Shown here piece after piece: positions 17,370-29,260 of a stretch of DNA of 64,000 nucleotides (position 1 is the first letter of the stretch; each line of letters starts with the position of its first letter). The position numbers were made by a program, and so were the translations under genes. The notes under the pieces were generated by a model. That model was not told the origin of the DNA, ran no database searches, and saw nothing but the letters and a program-made list of their open reading frames with translations. Source of the DNA: an uncultured delta proteobacterium (lineage in GTDB: Bacteria; Myxococcota_A; Polyangia; Polyangiales; B10-G4); the NCBI GenBank assembly GCA_963727445.1, contig CAVSGI010000020.1, positions 512,001 to 576,000 of the forward strand, read 5' to 3'.

Positions 17370-20300
17370 CTACGCGCCGCGCCCGTTCTGCCGGAGCGCG
17401 CGGCGGAAGCGGAGCGCGGTGTCGCTCGCCCAGAATCGCATCAGGTGGGTGGCGGTGTTGTCCTCGCCGACCTTCTCACCCCGCGTGCGCTCGAGCACGC
17501 GGCACGCGGCGGCGATGTCGTCGCAGACCAGGAGCGCGGCGCGCGCGGCGGTGAGCTCGACGTCAGCGACCCATCGAGTGACGCTCGGCGGCGGAGCGCT
17601 GGCGAAGCGCGCCGCCGCTTCCTCCACGAGCTTGCGGCTGCGGCGGGGGATCACCCGGGCCACCTGCCGTGCGTGTCCATCGAGGTCGGTCGCGCTGCCG
17701 TAACCCGGCACCTGCGAGTGCGTGGCGGCCTTCACCAGCGTGCTCAACTCGGGCGTCGGGACGCGCATCACCGGATAGGTCTCGCGCGCGAGGTGCGCCA
17801 GCGGCCTCGCGAGCAGAAATGCGAGCTCGGCCGTCGGCAGGTTCGCCGCCCAACCCGGCACCATGATCGCTGGCGGGCTCGCCAGCTCGACCGTCGCGTC
17901 ACGCGCCTGGCCGGTGTGCACGTAGAGATCGAAGTCGGTGACGCCGAAGATGGTCGCGATGCGGTCGGCGAGGTTGCGCGTCGAGTTCGCCGCGCCCGCC
18001 CGGATCCGGTCGCGCTTGGACACGCCGTACTCCGCGTACTCCACGGGGTAGATCTTGCCCAGGGCCTCGGCGAGGGCGGCGGTCATGTCGGCCGCCGGGC
18101 TGTCGAGGGCGGCGTGGACCTGGATCTGACGGATGCCGTGATCGCCGAGGAGCCCCGGCGGGGCTTCGCCCGCGCGAGGGCGCCGGGCCCTCAGAGTCAT
18201 CTGCTCTTCGGGCTGGCCTTCGCCCAGCACCATCAGCGACAGCAGCACGGCCACTGACTCTTCGGCGTCGCCCATGCTCGCCAGCGCGCTCGAGAGCGCA
18301 CGCCACACGTCGACCTCGGTCACGTCGTGGTGAAGGAAGCGCCGGAGCGTCTCGACCGAACGATCGTAGCTGCCCATCGCCGACAGCCTGTTCGCGAGCT
18401 CGAGGGACAGGGTCACCGCCCCTGGCTCGCGCTCGATGCCTTCGCGCAGCGTCGAGAAAGCGCGGTCGGCCCGACCGAGGTGGTCGCCGAAGACCTCGGC
18501 GATCGCCAGGTAGGTGGGCGCGGTGGTCTGACCCATCCGGTTCGCGAGATCCTTGTAACGCATGAGCGCACCGAGATAGCCGTCCCAGGTCGCGTTGCCG
18601 CGCTTGCCGATCATCGCGCGGTAGTCGCCGGCCGCGGTGCCCTCGGCGCCAGACAGCGAGACGGCTTCGAGCAGCGTCTTGGCGCACTCGTCGTGCTTCT
18701 TGAGCGCCTTTTCGATGCGCGCGACCTCGACCAGGGCGTCGGCGCGCTCCTGCGGGCCCTCGGCCAGCTCGGTGAGGCGGCGGGCGAGGGTCAGCGCCTC
18801 GTCACGCTTGCCCAGGCCGAGCTGCAGGCGGCAGAGACGGGTGAGGGCCTCGCGGTTCGCGTCGTCCTGCACCAACACCGCGCGGAGGCTGCGCACCGCT
18901 TGGTCGACGTCGCTCAGATGATCGTCGCAGATCGCAGCGAGGCGCAGATGCGCGCCGGCGAGCACCGAGCGGTCGGTCGTGTGCTCCACGAGGGTGCGGA
19001 GCGCTGCGGCCGCTTCGCTCCACTGACGCGCCCGTTCGAGGTAATCGGCGCGCCGCAGCAGCGTCGGGCCGTGCGTGGCGACGCGGGCGAGGGCCCGGTC
19101 GCAGGCGGCCAGGGCGGCGGGGAGATCGCTGCGATGGTCGGCGTGGAGCTCGGCGACGAAGCCGTGCAGATCGGCGGCCGCTTCGGGCCGTTGTGCCCTT
19201 TGCGCCGCGCGCCCCAGGGCGTCGATCAGATACGGCACCTGGCCGAGGGAGACGAGGACCGAACGCAACCTGCGCGCCACCTCGCGGTTGTCGGGGTCGA
19301 GATCGAGGGCACGCTCGAGATCCTTCACCGCGCCCTGATGATCGCGCGCCTCTCCGCGCACCACGGCGGCCTGCACCAGGAGCTGCACCGCCAGGTCACG
19401 GTCGCCCGTCACGCGCGCCTCGAGCTCCGCAGCTTCGCGGAGCGCGTCGGCGTCGCCCTCCGCGCGCGCGACGCGGGTGAAGCCGCGCACCACGCTCAAG
19501 CTCTCGCCGTCGCTCTTGATCGCCGCCCGGTAGGTCTCGAGGGCCCCTGGACCGCCGACCCGTTCGAGGAGCTCGGCGACCTTCGCCTGGTGGAAGGCTT
19601 GCACCGTGGGGTCCGCCGCGGCGGTCGCGAGGCGTGCTTCGAGGCCGAGGAGCGCAGCACCGTCACCCCTGACTCGCGCCATGGCTGCGAGCCCTTCGAG
19701 CGACTCGACGTCCCCGCGCGCGACCTCGAGGATCGCCTCGTAGGTGCGCGACAGCTCGTGGTCTCCCTTTTCGGAGCGCACCAGCTCGCGAAGCGCGGCG
19801 GCCTTGGCGGCCGGGTCGGTGATCACCTCGGCCTGACGTCGGAAGACGTCGGCGAGGCCTTCGACGTTGTTGCTCCGGTCGTAGATCGCTTCGAGGGCGA
19901 GGAGAGCGGCGATGTGGCGCGGCGACTTCGCGAGGATCTGCTGGTAGCAGCGCGCCGCAGACTCGAGGTCGTCGAGGCGCCCCTCGTAAACGGCGCCGGC
20001 GCGGAGCAGCGCGTCGTTCGAGTCTTCGTCCGCCGCGGAGAGGTTCGCCTCTTCCATCAGGCTGTCGGCGAGCACCTTCCAGGATTTCTTGTCCGAGAGG
20101 AGCCGCTGGCGTGCCTCCATGGCCGTCGCGTGGGCGGGCATGGCGGAGAGCGCCTTGTCGTAGGCGGCGAGGGCCTTGTCCGCCTGCTTCAGGCGCTCTT
20201 CATAGAGCTCCGCGAGCTCGACCGCGACGTGCGCCTTCTCCTCGTCGTTCTGGAGCGCGTCCACGCGTTGCTCGAGCGCGTTCGCGAGGTCCGGCCAGCG

Positions 20301-22631
20301 CTCCTTGCTCCGGAGCGCGCTCACCATCCCCTCGAAGGATGGCTCGTGTCCGGGCGTGATCATGAGCGCGCGCTTGTAGTAGCCGACCGACGCGTCTTCT
20401 TTGCCGAGGCGCGTGCGACAGACCTCGCCCATCTTGTGCAAGAGCGCGGTCTGCGCGTGCTTCGGCGTGATCTTCAGCTCCTGCTCCCAGGCCTCGAGGA
20501 GATTGTCGTAACGGCCAAGGCGCTGGTAGGTCGCGGTGAGGGCGTCTAGGGCGTCTCGGTGCGAAGCGTCGCCGGTGATCACCTCGCGTAGCTTGCGGAT
20601 CGCGCGCTCGGGATCGCCGAGGTCCCGATCGATGATCACCGCCGCGCGCGTCTTCAGATCGAGCGCGCGTCCGGGCGTGGCCAGGGCGGCCTCGCGCTCG
20701 AGGGCGTCGACGACGGTCGCGTGCTCGCCGGCGCGCTGGGCGGCGCGGCTCAGCGCCTGAAGACCGCCGATGTGGTTCGGGGCTTCGTCGAGGATGCGCT
20801 GGTACGCTGCGACCGCGCCCTTGGGCTCGCCCAGGCGGTCCTCGTAGATCGCACCCACGCGGAAGAGGAAGCCGACGATCTGCTCCGGGTCGTCGGTGCG
20901 ATCGATGCCGCGCTGATAGAGCTCGGCCAGCTCCCGAAACCGTCCGGCCGCGGTGTGCAGTCGATCGAGGGCCTTGAACGCTTCGTCGTTGCCGGGCGCG
21001 AGGCCCAGCGCCTGCGAGTAGTGACGCGCGGCCTCGTCGGGCTGCGAGAGCTTGGACTCCAGGATGCGCCCGATGGTGACGTGGGCGAGGGCGCGCTCGT
21101 GCGGATCGTCGCTCGCCGCGACGACAATCTGCTTGAGCCGCACCAGCGCCTGCCAATCGCCGATGCGGCGATAGAGTGCGTCGAGCGCGGTCCGCACCGG
21201 CTCGTAGCGACCGTCCAGATCGAGGGCGACCTCGTACCAGCGCCGCGCCCGCTCGAGGTCGTCGAGGACGTCGTCGAAGAGCATGCCCAGCCGGTGGGAG
21301 AGGCTGACGCGCTCGTTCAGCTCGGTGGCGGTCTCGGCGAGGCGGGTGAGGGCACCGGCGAGGGCTTCGTGGCGACCGGTGGCTTCGTAGAGCTCGGAGA
21401 GCTCGCGCACGATCAGGCGATCGGACTTGTCGAGCTGCTGTGCGTGCTCGAGGGCGGAGATGGCGGCCGCGGCGTCGCCCAGGGCGACCCGTTGGATGCG
21501 CGCGATGCGCCAGAGCGCGTCGATCTTGCCCTCGGCGTCGGCCGAGAGGCTCACCTCCGTCTGGAGCGCGCCCACCAGGTCGGTCCACATGCGCTGCGAG
21601 CGGGTGAGGCGCTTCAGCGACGAGAGCGCGCCGGGCGTCTCCGGCACGAGCTCCATCGCGGTGCGATAGAGGGAGACCGCTTGGCGTGGATCGTTGTCGC
21701 GGATCTCGGCGATCTTGGCGCGAGTGGCGGTCCACGCGGCGCGCAGCTTGGGGTCGCCGGTGATCGCGCTCGCCATGTGCGCGTAGGTCTTTTCGAGCGC
21801 CGACCAGGAGCCGGCCCTCCGCTCGAGGCGCTCGATCGCCTTGAGCACCGACGCCTGATCGCGGTCCAGCTCGAGAGCCTGGCCGTAAGCGGCGCGCGCC
21901 TCGTCGCGCTTGCCGAGGCCGTCTTCGAGCACGCGTCCCTTTTCGTAGTGGAGCGCGGCGCGCTGGCGAGGATCGGGGATGGCGCGGATCTCTCGATCGA
22001 AGAGCGGGAGCGCCGCCGCGTGCTTGCCCGCAGCGAGGGCCAGGCGCCGCGCACCGCGAATGGCCGCCACGTGCGTCGGTGCGTGGCGTGCCGCGTCGAG
22101 ATAGTGCCGCTCGGCGTTGCGCGGATCCTCGAGGATGCCTTCGTAGAGGCGCGCCACCTCGTAGTGAAGACGCGCGGCGCGCAGGTCGTCCGGCTTCTTG
22201 GTGAGCTCGCTGCGGCAGCGCTCAATCAGGGCGTGTGCGTCGCGAACGCGGAGCGGCTCGCCAGGAGGTGGCTCAGTGGGTTTGGCGTCCACCTCGCGTT
22301 CGACTTTGGGTGGGGGCGTGGCCTTGCCCTGCGCAGGCGACGGGGGTGGACGCCGAAAAGAAGCCGGCGTCGGGACGCGGAGGGGGCTGGGCCCGTTCTT
22401 CTTGGCAGCGGGCTTCGGGGTCGCGGCGCGGCTCGGTGGGGGGCGTCGTCCGGGCGTCGGTGGCGGGATCGATGCCGGCTTCGGGACGTTCACCTCGGTG
22501 GTGGGGTCTTCGACGAGCTCGAAGTCCGAGAGCGACATCTCATCGAGGGATTCGATGACGGTGTCGGGATTGTCCGGGACCTGAATGGTCTTCGGTCTGT
22601 TCGGCCCCCCGCTCTTGGAATCGTCCGCCAT
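17370..22631 (-). CDS. very large tetratricopeptide-repeat protein (myxobacterial AgmK-like) with Pro-rich N-terminus
   Basis: Dozens of TPR-like units (A..Y..AL.L.P...AL..L); Pro/Lys-rich first ~125 aa; C-terminal degenerate M48-like domain. Confidence 0.85.
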   Translation of the reverse strand: MADDSKSGGPNRPKTIQVPDNPDTVIESLDEMSLSDFELVEDPTTEVNVPKPASIPPPTPGRRPPPSRAATPKPAAKKNGPSPLRVPTPASFRRPPPSPAQGKATPPPKVEREVDAKPTEPPPGEPLRVRDAHALIERCRSELTKKPDDLRAARLHYEVARLYEGILEDPRNAERHYLDAARHAPTHVAAIRGARRLALAAGKHAAALPLFDREIRAIPDPRQRAALHYEKGRVLEDGLGKRDEARAAYGQALELDRDQASVLKAIERLERRAGSWSALEKTYAHMASAITGDPKLRAAWTATRAKIAEIRDNDPRQAVSLYRTAMELVPETPGALSSLKRLTRSQRMWTDLVGALQTEVSLSADAEGKIDALWRIARIQRVALGDAAAAISALEHAQQLDKSDRLIVRELSELYEATGRHEALAGALTRLAETATELNERVSLSHRLGMLFDDVLDDLERARRWYEVALDLDGRYEPVRTALDALYRRIGDWQALVRLKQIVVAASDDPHERALAHVTIGRILESKLSQPDEAARHYSQALGLAPGNDEAFKALDRLHTAAGRFRELAELYQRGIDRTDDPEQIVGFLFRVGAIYEDRLGEPKGAVAAYQRILDEAPNHIGGLQALSRAAQRAGEHATVVDALEREAALATPGRALDLKTRAAVIIDRDLGDPERAIRKLREVITGDASHRDALDALTATYQRLGRYDNLLEAWEQELKITPKHAQTALLHKMGEVCRTRLGKEDASVGYYKRALMITPGHEPSFEGMVSALRSKERWPDLANALEQRVDALQNDEEKAHVAVELAELYEERLKQADKALAAYDKALSAMPAHATAMEARQRLLSDKKSWKVLADSLMEEANLSAADEDSNDALLRAGAVYEGRLDDLESAARCYQQILAKSPRHIAALLALEAIYDRSNNVEGLADVFRRQAEVITDPAAKAAALRELVRSEKGDHELSRTYEAILEVARGDVESLEGLAAMARVRGDGAALLGLEARLATAAADPTVQAFHQAKVAELLERVGGPGALETYRAAIKSDGESLSVVRGFTRVARAEGDADALREAAELEARVTGDRDLAVQLLVQAAVVRGEARDHQGAVKDLERALDLDPDNREVARRLRSVLVSLGQVPYLIDALGRAAQRAQRPEAAADLHGFVAELHADHRSDLPAALAACDRALARVATHGPTLLRRADYLERARQWSEAAAALRTLVEHTTDRSVLAGAHLRLAAICDDHLSDVDQAVRSLRAVLVQDDANREALTRLCRLQLGLGKRDEALTLARRLTELAEGPQERADALVEVARIEKALKKHDECAKTLLEAVSLSGAEGTAAGDYRAMIGKRGNATWDGYLGALMRYKDLANRMGQTTAPTYLAIAEVFGDHLGRADRAFSTLREGIEREPGAVTLSLELANRLSAMGSYDRSVETLRRFLHHDVTEVDVWRALSSALASMGDAEESVAVLLSLMVLGEGQPEEQMTLRARRPRAGEAPPGLLGDHGIRQIQVHAALDSPAADMTAALAEALGKIYPVEYAEYGVSKRDRIRAGAANSTRNLADRIATIFGVTDFDLYVHTGQARDATVELASPPAIMVPGWAANLPTAELAFLLARPLAHLARETYPVMRVPTPELSTLVKAATHSQVPGYGSATDLDGHARQVARVIPRRSRKLVEEAAARFASAPPPSVTRWVADVELTAARAALLVCDDIAAACRVLERTRGEKVGEDNTATHLMRFWASDTALRFRRALRQNGRGA

Positions 22632-22714
22632 GCGCCTGAAGAGCGCATGGTACAGGATCGAGCCTGATGCCGGGCAACCGAGAAATCGGGGAAATCCGGT
22701 AGCTTCCGATCTCC

Positions 22715-22924
22715 ATGAGCGACCTCGACGACATCCCCGACGTCCGCGACGGCCTGACGCGCAAGGAGCGCGTCGTCCTCTGGGTGCTGAAGAACACCCA
22801 GGAGGAGCTCGGCGGCCGTAACGTCCCCACCGCGATGCTCTACGGGCGGGTCTCTGAGCACGTGGACATCCGCGTGGACGAGCTCCAGAAGATCCTGGGT
22901 CGGCTCACGGGAAAGGGGCTCTGA
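22715..22924 (+). CDS. small protein resembling the GyrA/ParC N-terminal segment
   Basis: 69 aa with strong GC3 bias; contains IPDVRDGL. Confidence 0.7.
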   Translation: MSDLDDIPDVRDGLTRKERVVLWVLKNTQEELGGRNVPTAMLYGRVSEHVDIRVDELQKILGRLTGKGL

Positions 22925-22928
22925 AGAG

Positions 22929-24137
22929 CTACTCCCGGATGAAGGGATCGCTGAACCGGGGATCGGTCAGGAACTCTTCGTCGGTGAGCGTATGGAGGAA
23001 GGCGACGAGCGCCGCCTTCTCCTCTTCGGTCATGTTCAGCTGAGGCACTTCGCCGTCGATGACGCCGAAGGGCGCGCCGAGGTTGGGAGACGCCTCGACG
23101 CCGTTGCTGTAGTGGTCGACGACCTCTTCGAGTGTGTTGAAGCGCCCGTCGTGCATGTAGGGGGCGCGCACTGCGACGTTGCGGAGCGACGGCACCTTGA
23201 AGGTTCCTTCGAAGCGCTCGGCGCCCGTGACCTCGCCGGCGCCGCGATCCGTCACTTCGGCGTCGAGCCCGTTCGAGGTGGTCGTGACAGCGATGAATCC
23301 CTCGCCCTGGTGGCACACGAAGCAGCCGAAACCGCCGAGCGGGGGAGGGGAGGAGAAGAGGAACTTGCCGTGGTTCTCCTGGTCCGTGAAGTTGACGAAG
23401 GCGTTGCCGCGCGTCGGCGCCTGGGCACGGCCGACGTCGTAGCGGCTCTTTGTGCTCACCATGCTGCGGACGAACTGCGCGATCGCCTTGGAGATGCGAT
23501 CTGCCGTGACCTCTTCGTCCCCGAACGCGGCGACGAAGAGCGGCGGGTAGTAGTCGGCCTCGCGCACGCGCTCGATGACGCCGTCGAGGGTCATGCCCAT
23601 CTCGACGGGATCCTGCATCGGCATGAGCGTCTGCGCCTCGAGGGAATCGGCGCGTCCATCCCAGAAGAAGATCTCGATGCCGTAGCGTGCCTGGGTCAGG
23701 CCCATGGAGTGCCGCCGGGTCTCGCCGCCCTCGAAGCCGAGGCTGCGGAGCCGATCGTCGCTGAAGCCGTGCTCCTGCTTGTGACAGGAGGCGCAGGCGA
23801 CGGTGCGGTTCTGCGACAGGTTGCGATCGTAGAAGAGCACGCGTCCGAGGGTCGCTCCCTCGTCGGTGATGGGGTTGTCGGCGGGCATGTTGTCGGTCGC
23901 CGTCATCGGCTGTTGACCGTGAAAGCCCTCGGTCTCCCTGTCGAAGTGCGCCGGCAGCTCGACGTTCGCGTAGGTGTAGGGCGTAGCTGGCAGCTGGATG
24001 CGAGAGGTGTTGCCCGCGTCGGTGCTCGCGTCCGCGAGGTCGGCGTCCGCACCACCATCCGAAAACATCGCGCCGGGGTCGTCGCAGGCGGCCGTGAGAA
24101 GCGAAAGGAAGAGAAGACGATGGATCGGGGTGCGCAT
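22929..24137 (-). CDS. di-heme cytochrome c peroxidase (MauG/CCP family) lipoprotein
   Basis: Two CxxCH motifs (CASCH, CFVCH), LGRVLFYD, FFWDGRA..LEAQ, FKVPSLRNV..APYMHDG; lipobox LTAAC after ATG 24137. Confidence 0.9.
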   Translation of the reverse strand: MRTPIHRLLFLSLLTAACDDPGAMFSDGGADADLADASTDAGNTSRIQLPATPYTYANVELPAHFDRETEGFHGQQPMTATDNMPADNPITDEGATLGRVLFYDRNLSQNRTVACASCHKQEHGFSDDRLRSLGFEGGETRRHSMGLTQARYGIEIFFWDGRADSLEAQTLMPMQDPVEMGMTLDGVIERVREADYYPPLFVAAFGDEEVTADRISKAIAQFVRSMVSTKSRYDVGRAQAPTRGNAFVNFTDQENHGKFLFSSPPPLGGFGCFVCHQGEGFIAVTTTSNGLDAEVTDRGAGEVTGAERFEGTFKVPSLRNVAVRAPYMHDGRFNTLEEVVDHYSNGVEASPNLGAPFGVIDGEVPQLNMTEEEKAALVAFLHTLTDEEFLTDPRFSDPFIRE

Positions 24138-24222
24138 TTGGGGGGGCGCTATAGCCGGGTCCGGCGGATCGGCAACCGAATGCAGCATTTGACGGCGACG
24201 ACGGTTTTGCGCCGCCCCGCTC

Positions 24223-25965
24223 TCATCGCAGGGCGACCGCGTAGGCGTCCCATCCGCTCGCGGGAGCGATGGTGGCCAGGGGAAAGTCCATGCCCGCATA
24301 TGAGGATGCGACCAGCGCCTGATCCCCGGCGCTGTAGACGTTCGCGCCACAGCGGCGGCACACGCGCGTCAGCCATTCGGGGTGGCCGGTGGCTGTGAGG
24401 TGGCTGAGCGTCTGCCCGTCCCCGTCGGCGACCAGCACCCCCGTCGCTTCGGTTTCACCGAGCCAATAGAACGCATCGTGCATGTCGGTGGTGACGTACA
24501 CGCCGCCCGAGGGGTGCGCCGCGAGGGACTCCACGTCCGAGTAGAGCGGGCTGTCGACGTGCCATTGATAGCGGAGGTCGGGGGTGAAGCGCGCGACGAA
24601 GCCACGGGTCTCGAGCCCCCGCGCCTCGAGTGAGGTCTCGTTGCCGATGTCCAAGAAGCCCGAGTAGTCGCCCGAGACGTAGACGTCGCCGCCGGAGACG
24701 ACGAGGGCACTGCCCTTCGAGATGTCGGTCGAGCCCAGGCGCAAGGCGTCTTCGAGGGTGCTGCCCCGGTAGCGCAGGACGTAACCCTGGAACTGGAACG
24801 AAGCGATGTCGCTGAAGTCGAGGGGCCCGACGCTGCCTGGACCGCGACGGGCTCCCATCACGTAGATGCTGCCGTCGGGGCCGACGCAGAGGTCGGTCGC
24901 GAGAATCGTGGGCCGCGGTGGCGGTCACGGCACCGAAGCTGAGGGTGTTGGTCGCGGGCGCGACGCGACCGACGAACTGGTTGCCGATCCGCCGGTCGAG
25001 GGTCGTCCCGTCGAAGGTGACCGTTTCGTTCAGGCCGCCGAGCACCGCGACCGTGCCGTCCTCGCCGATCGCCAGAATCCGACAACCACGCCTCTCCGTC
25101 CCACACCCTCGAGCTCACCAGGGCGCCGAATCGCGAATAGCGCGCGAGGCACGGTCCCAATCCGACGGCACGGGTGTCGGCGTCGAAGCGCTCGCCTCCC
25201 GAGCAGGTCGCCGCGAGCCAGAATCTCCCCGCTCGTTGGATGGATCGCGAGCCCGGCGATGTCGTAGCTGGAGAACCCCGACAGCTCCCGAGCGAAGCTG
25301 ACGCCGCCATCTGGGTCTTGTCCGAAGAGCACCACCCCGGTGTGAAGGCCGGTATCGCCGAGGGAGGCGCCGCGAAAGTAGCCGAGGAGCGCCCGACGTC
25401 CCGAAGCGTCCACGGCGGCGGTGTAGAGTCGCTCGTCGTCTGCCGTCGAACCGAAGCGCTGTCCCGTGGCGTCCGGGAGCGCACCCATCGAAGACACGAC
25501 GGTCACGTCGGAGGTGCCGGCGACTTCACACAGGAGCAGGTCGTCGGTGCTGGCGCACGGTCCGCGAAAACCTTCGAAGGTCGTGCCGCGCCCGGTGAGC
25601 GTCACGCGCACGGAGAAACCGCCCGAGGGTGCCGAGAGCGAGCAGTCGAAGCGGCGACAGAAGATCTGATCCGATCCGTCGAGCGCGGTGACCTCGACGT
25701 CGACCGAACCGGTCCCTTCGAAGTGCACGGTGACCTCGGCGCCGGTCGTCGCGTCGGCCGTCGCGTCGGCCGGCGGCGGCGCCGAGTCGGGCGCCCCCGA
25801 GTCCTCTTCGAAGACGACTCCCGTATCAGCCGTCTCGATCCCGGCGTCTTCCGAGCTCCCCGAATCGATCTCGGGAACAGAGCGCGGTCTGTCCTCACAC
25901 CCGTCGAGGGGCCCGAGCATCGCGAGCGCAACGATGCACCCGCAAAACCACTGGTCGTGCGTCAT
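24223..25965 (-). CDS. lipoprotein with probable beta-propeller repeats (several frameshifts at 24850-25210)
   Basis: Signal plus Cys, then DAG-rich linker, then propeller-like repeats (G.VYVSGDYSG, FVARF..D...W) spread over ORFs 25030..25965, 24455..25045 and 24223..24861. Confidence 0.6.
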
Positions 25966-26156
25966 TCTCCGTCTCCTGGATATCGACGGCGCGTCGTGGC
26001 GCCGGAAGCGCGGCCTACGACGAGGGCCCGCCGCGCGTATTCACGGCGTCGGGACCGAGGAAAAAGGGCCTTCTTCCCTGGACTTTCTTTGGGGTCCTTG
26101 CTGGTGCTCGCGCCGTGGTATGATGGATCTCACGGGCCCCCCGGGGAGTGGACTTT

Positions 26157-27847
26157 GTGAAAATCCTGAGCGCATTGCTCGCACTGGTGATCGTCGCTGG
26201 CTGCCAAGGGGTCATCTCCGATCCCGGGGCGACCGGCGGGCCGCCGGACGGCGTGACCAACCCACCGCCACCTGGAGGGTGCGTCGGCGAGGCCTGCCTC
26301 GACGTCGAGGAGGTGCCGGTCCCGAGCTTCCGTTTCCCCCGCCTCACTCACCAGCAGTGGGAGAACACGGTCACCGATCTCTTCCGGATGGACGCGGCTC
26401 CCGGTCTCGCCCAGGACTTTTTCCCCGACATCGAGCAGGGGACCTTCGACACCGACGCGCGCCGTCTCTCGGTGACCGCCGGGCTGTGGGGTGACTACCA
26501 GCGTGCGGCGGAGACGGTCGCCGAGCAGGTGACCGCTGCTGGGGCGATGGACGCCTGGCTCCCCGCGGGCCTGCCCGCGTCCGGCAACGAGCGCCGTGAC
26601 GCCTTCATCGCCGACTTCGGTCTGCGCGCCTATCGCCGGCCTCTCCTCGCGGATGAGGTCGCGCGCCTGGCCACGCTCTTCGACCAGGGCGCCACCCACT
26701 ACCCGACCCTCGACCCCTTCACCGCGGGCGTGCGGCTGACCCTCGAAGCGATGTTGCAGTCGCCGCACTTCGTCTATCGCGCCGAGCGGAGTCAGGAGTT
26801 GGTGGATGGCCTGATCGTCCTCGACGACTACGAGCTGGCGAGCAAGCTGTCGTATCTGCTCTGGGACACGATGCCCGACGACGAGCTCTTCGACGCAGCC
26901 GCGGCCGGCGGTCTGACGGATCCCGATGCTCTCGCCGCGCACGCGACCCGCATGCTGGAGGACGAGCGCGCCCACGCGAAGATCGCGAGCTTCCACGAGC
27001 AGCTCTTCCAGATGGATCTTTGGACCGACACCGACCACACCGTCGACGGGTGGCGCCCCGAGCTCGCCCCGATGATGGTCGAGGAGAGCCGACGCTTCCT
27101 CGAGAGCGTGGTCTTCGACGGCGGCACGCTTCGTGACGTGCTCACCTCCAACGTGGCCTTCGTGAACGAGGACCTCGCCGGGCTCTATGGCGTGTCGGGC
27201 GTCACCGGCGCCGAATACCAGCGCGTCACCCTCGACCCCACCGTGCGCTCCGGGCTCCTCACCCGACTCGGGTTCCTCAGCAAGTACGCGACCCTGACCG
27301 AGCCGGATTCCATCCATCGCGGCGTCTTCATCAACAACCGGGTCCTGTGCCGCAACATCCAGGCGCCGCCCTCGATCCCCGACAACCTGATGCCCACCGG
27401 AACCACCAATCGCGAGCGCATCACCAGCATCACCGGGCCCGGCACCTGCGCCGAGATGTGTCACCACACCATCATCAACCCCATCGGCTTCGCCTTCGAG
27501 GGCTACGATGCGATCGGCCAGTTCCGCACCGAGGACAACGGCCAGCCGGTGGATGCGGCGGCCACCTACGAGACGCCTTCTTCGGGCACCCTCAGCTACG
27601 ACGGCGCCATCGAGCTCTCCGACGAGCTCGCGGGGATCGAGGAGACGCACCGCTGCTACTCGACGCGGCTTCTCGAGTTCGAATACGGACGCGCGTACGC
27701 CACGGGGGACAGCCCCCTGGTCTACCGCGCGGCGCTCGGCTCCCAGAACGACGAGCTCGGCCTGCGCGAGATCATCATCGAGTTGGTGAAGAGCCGAACG
27801 TTCCGAACGCGCGCCGCCGAAGAGCTGGCCACCACGGAGGGCACCTG

Positions 27848-27848
<1 letters not shown>
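26157..27848 (+). CDS. DUF1592/DUF1588/DUF1595/DUF1587/DUF1585 family lipoprotein
   Basis: RLTHQQWENTVTDL, RAYRRPL, LQSPHFVYR, YELASKLSYLLW..MPD..L, RSGLLT, SIHRG, C..CH..INPIGFAFEGYDAIG; GGGGAG RBS before GTG 26157. Confidence 0.9.
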
Positions 27849-29239
<1,391 letters not shown>

Positions 29240-29260
29240 AGCGGGCGCCGGCGGCTCCGC

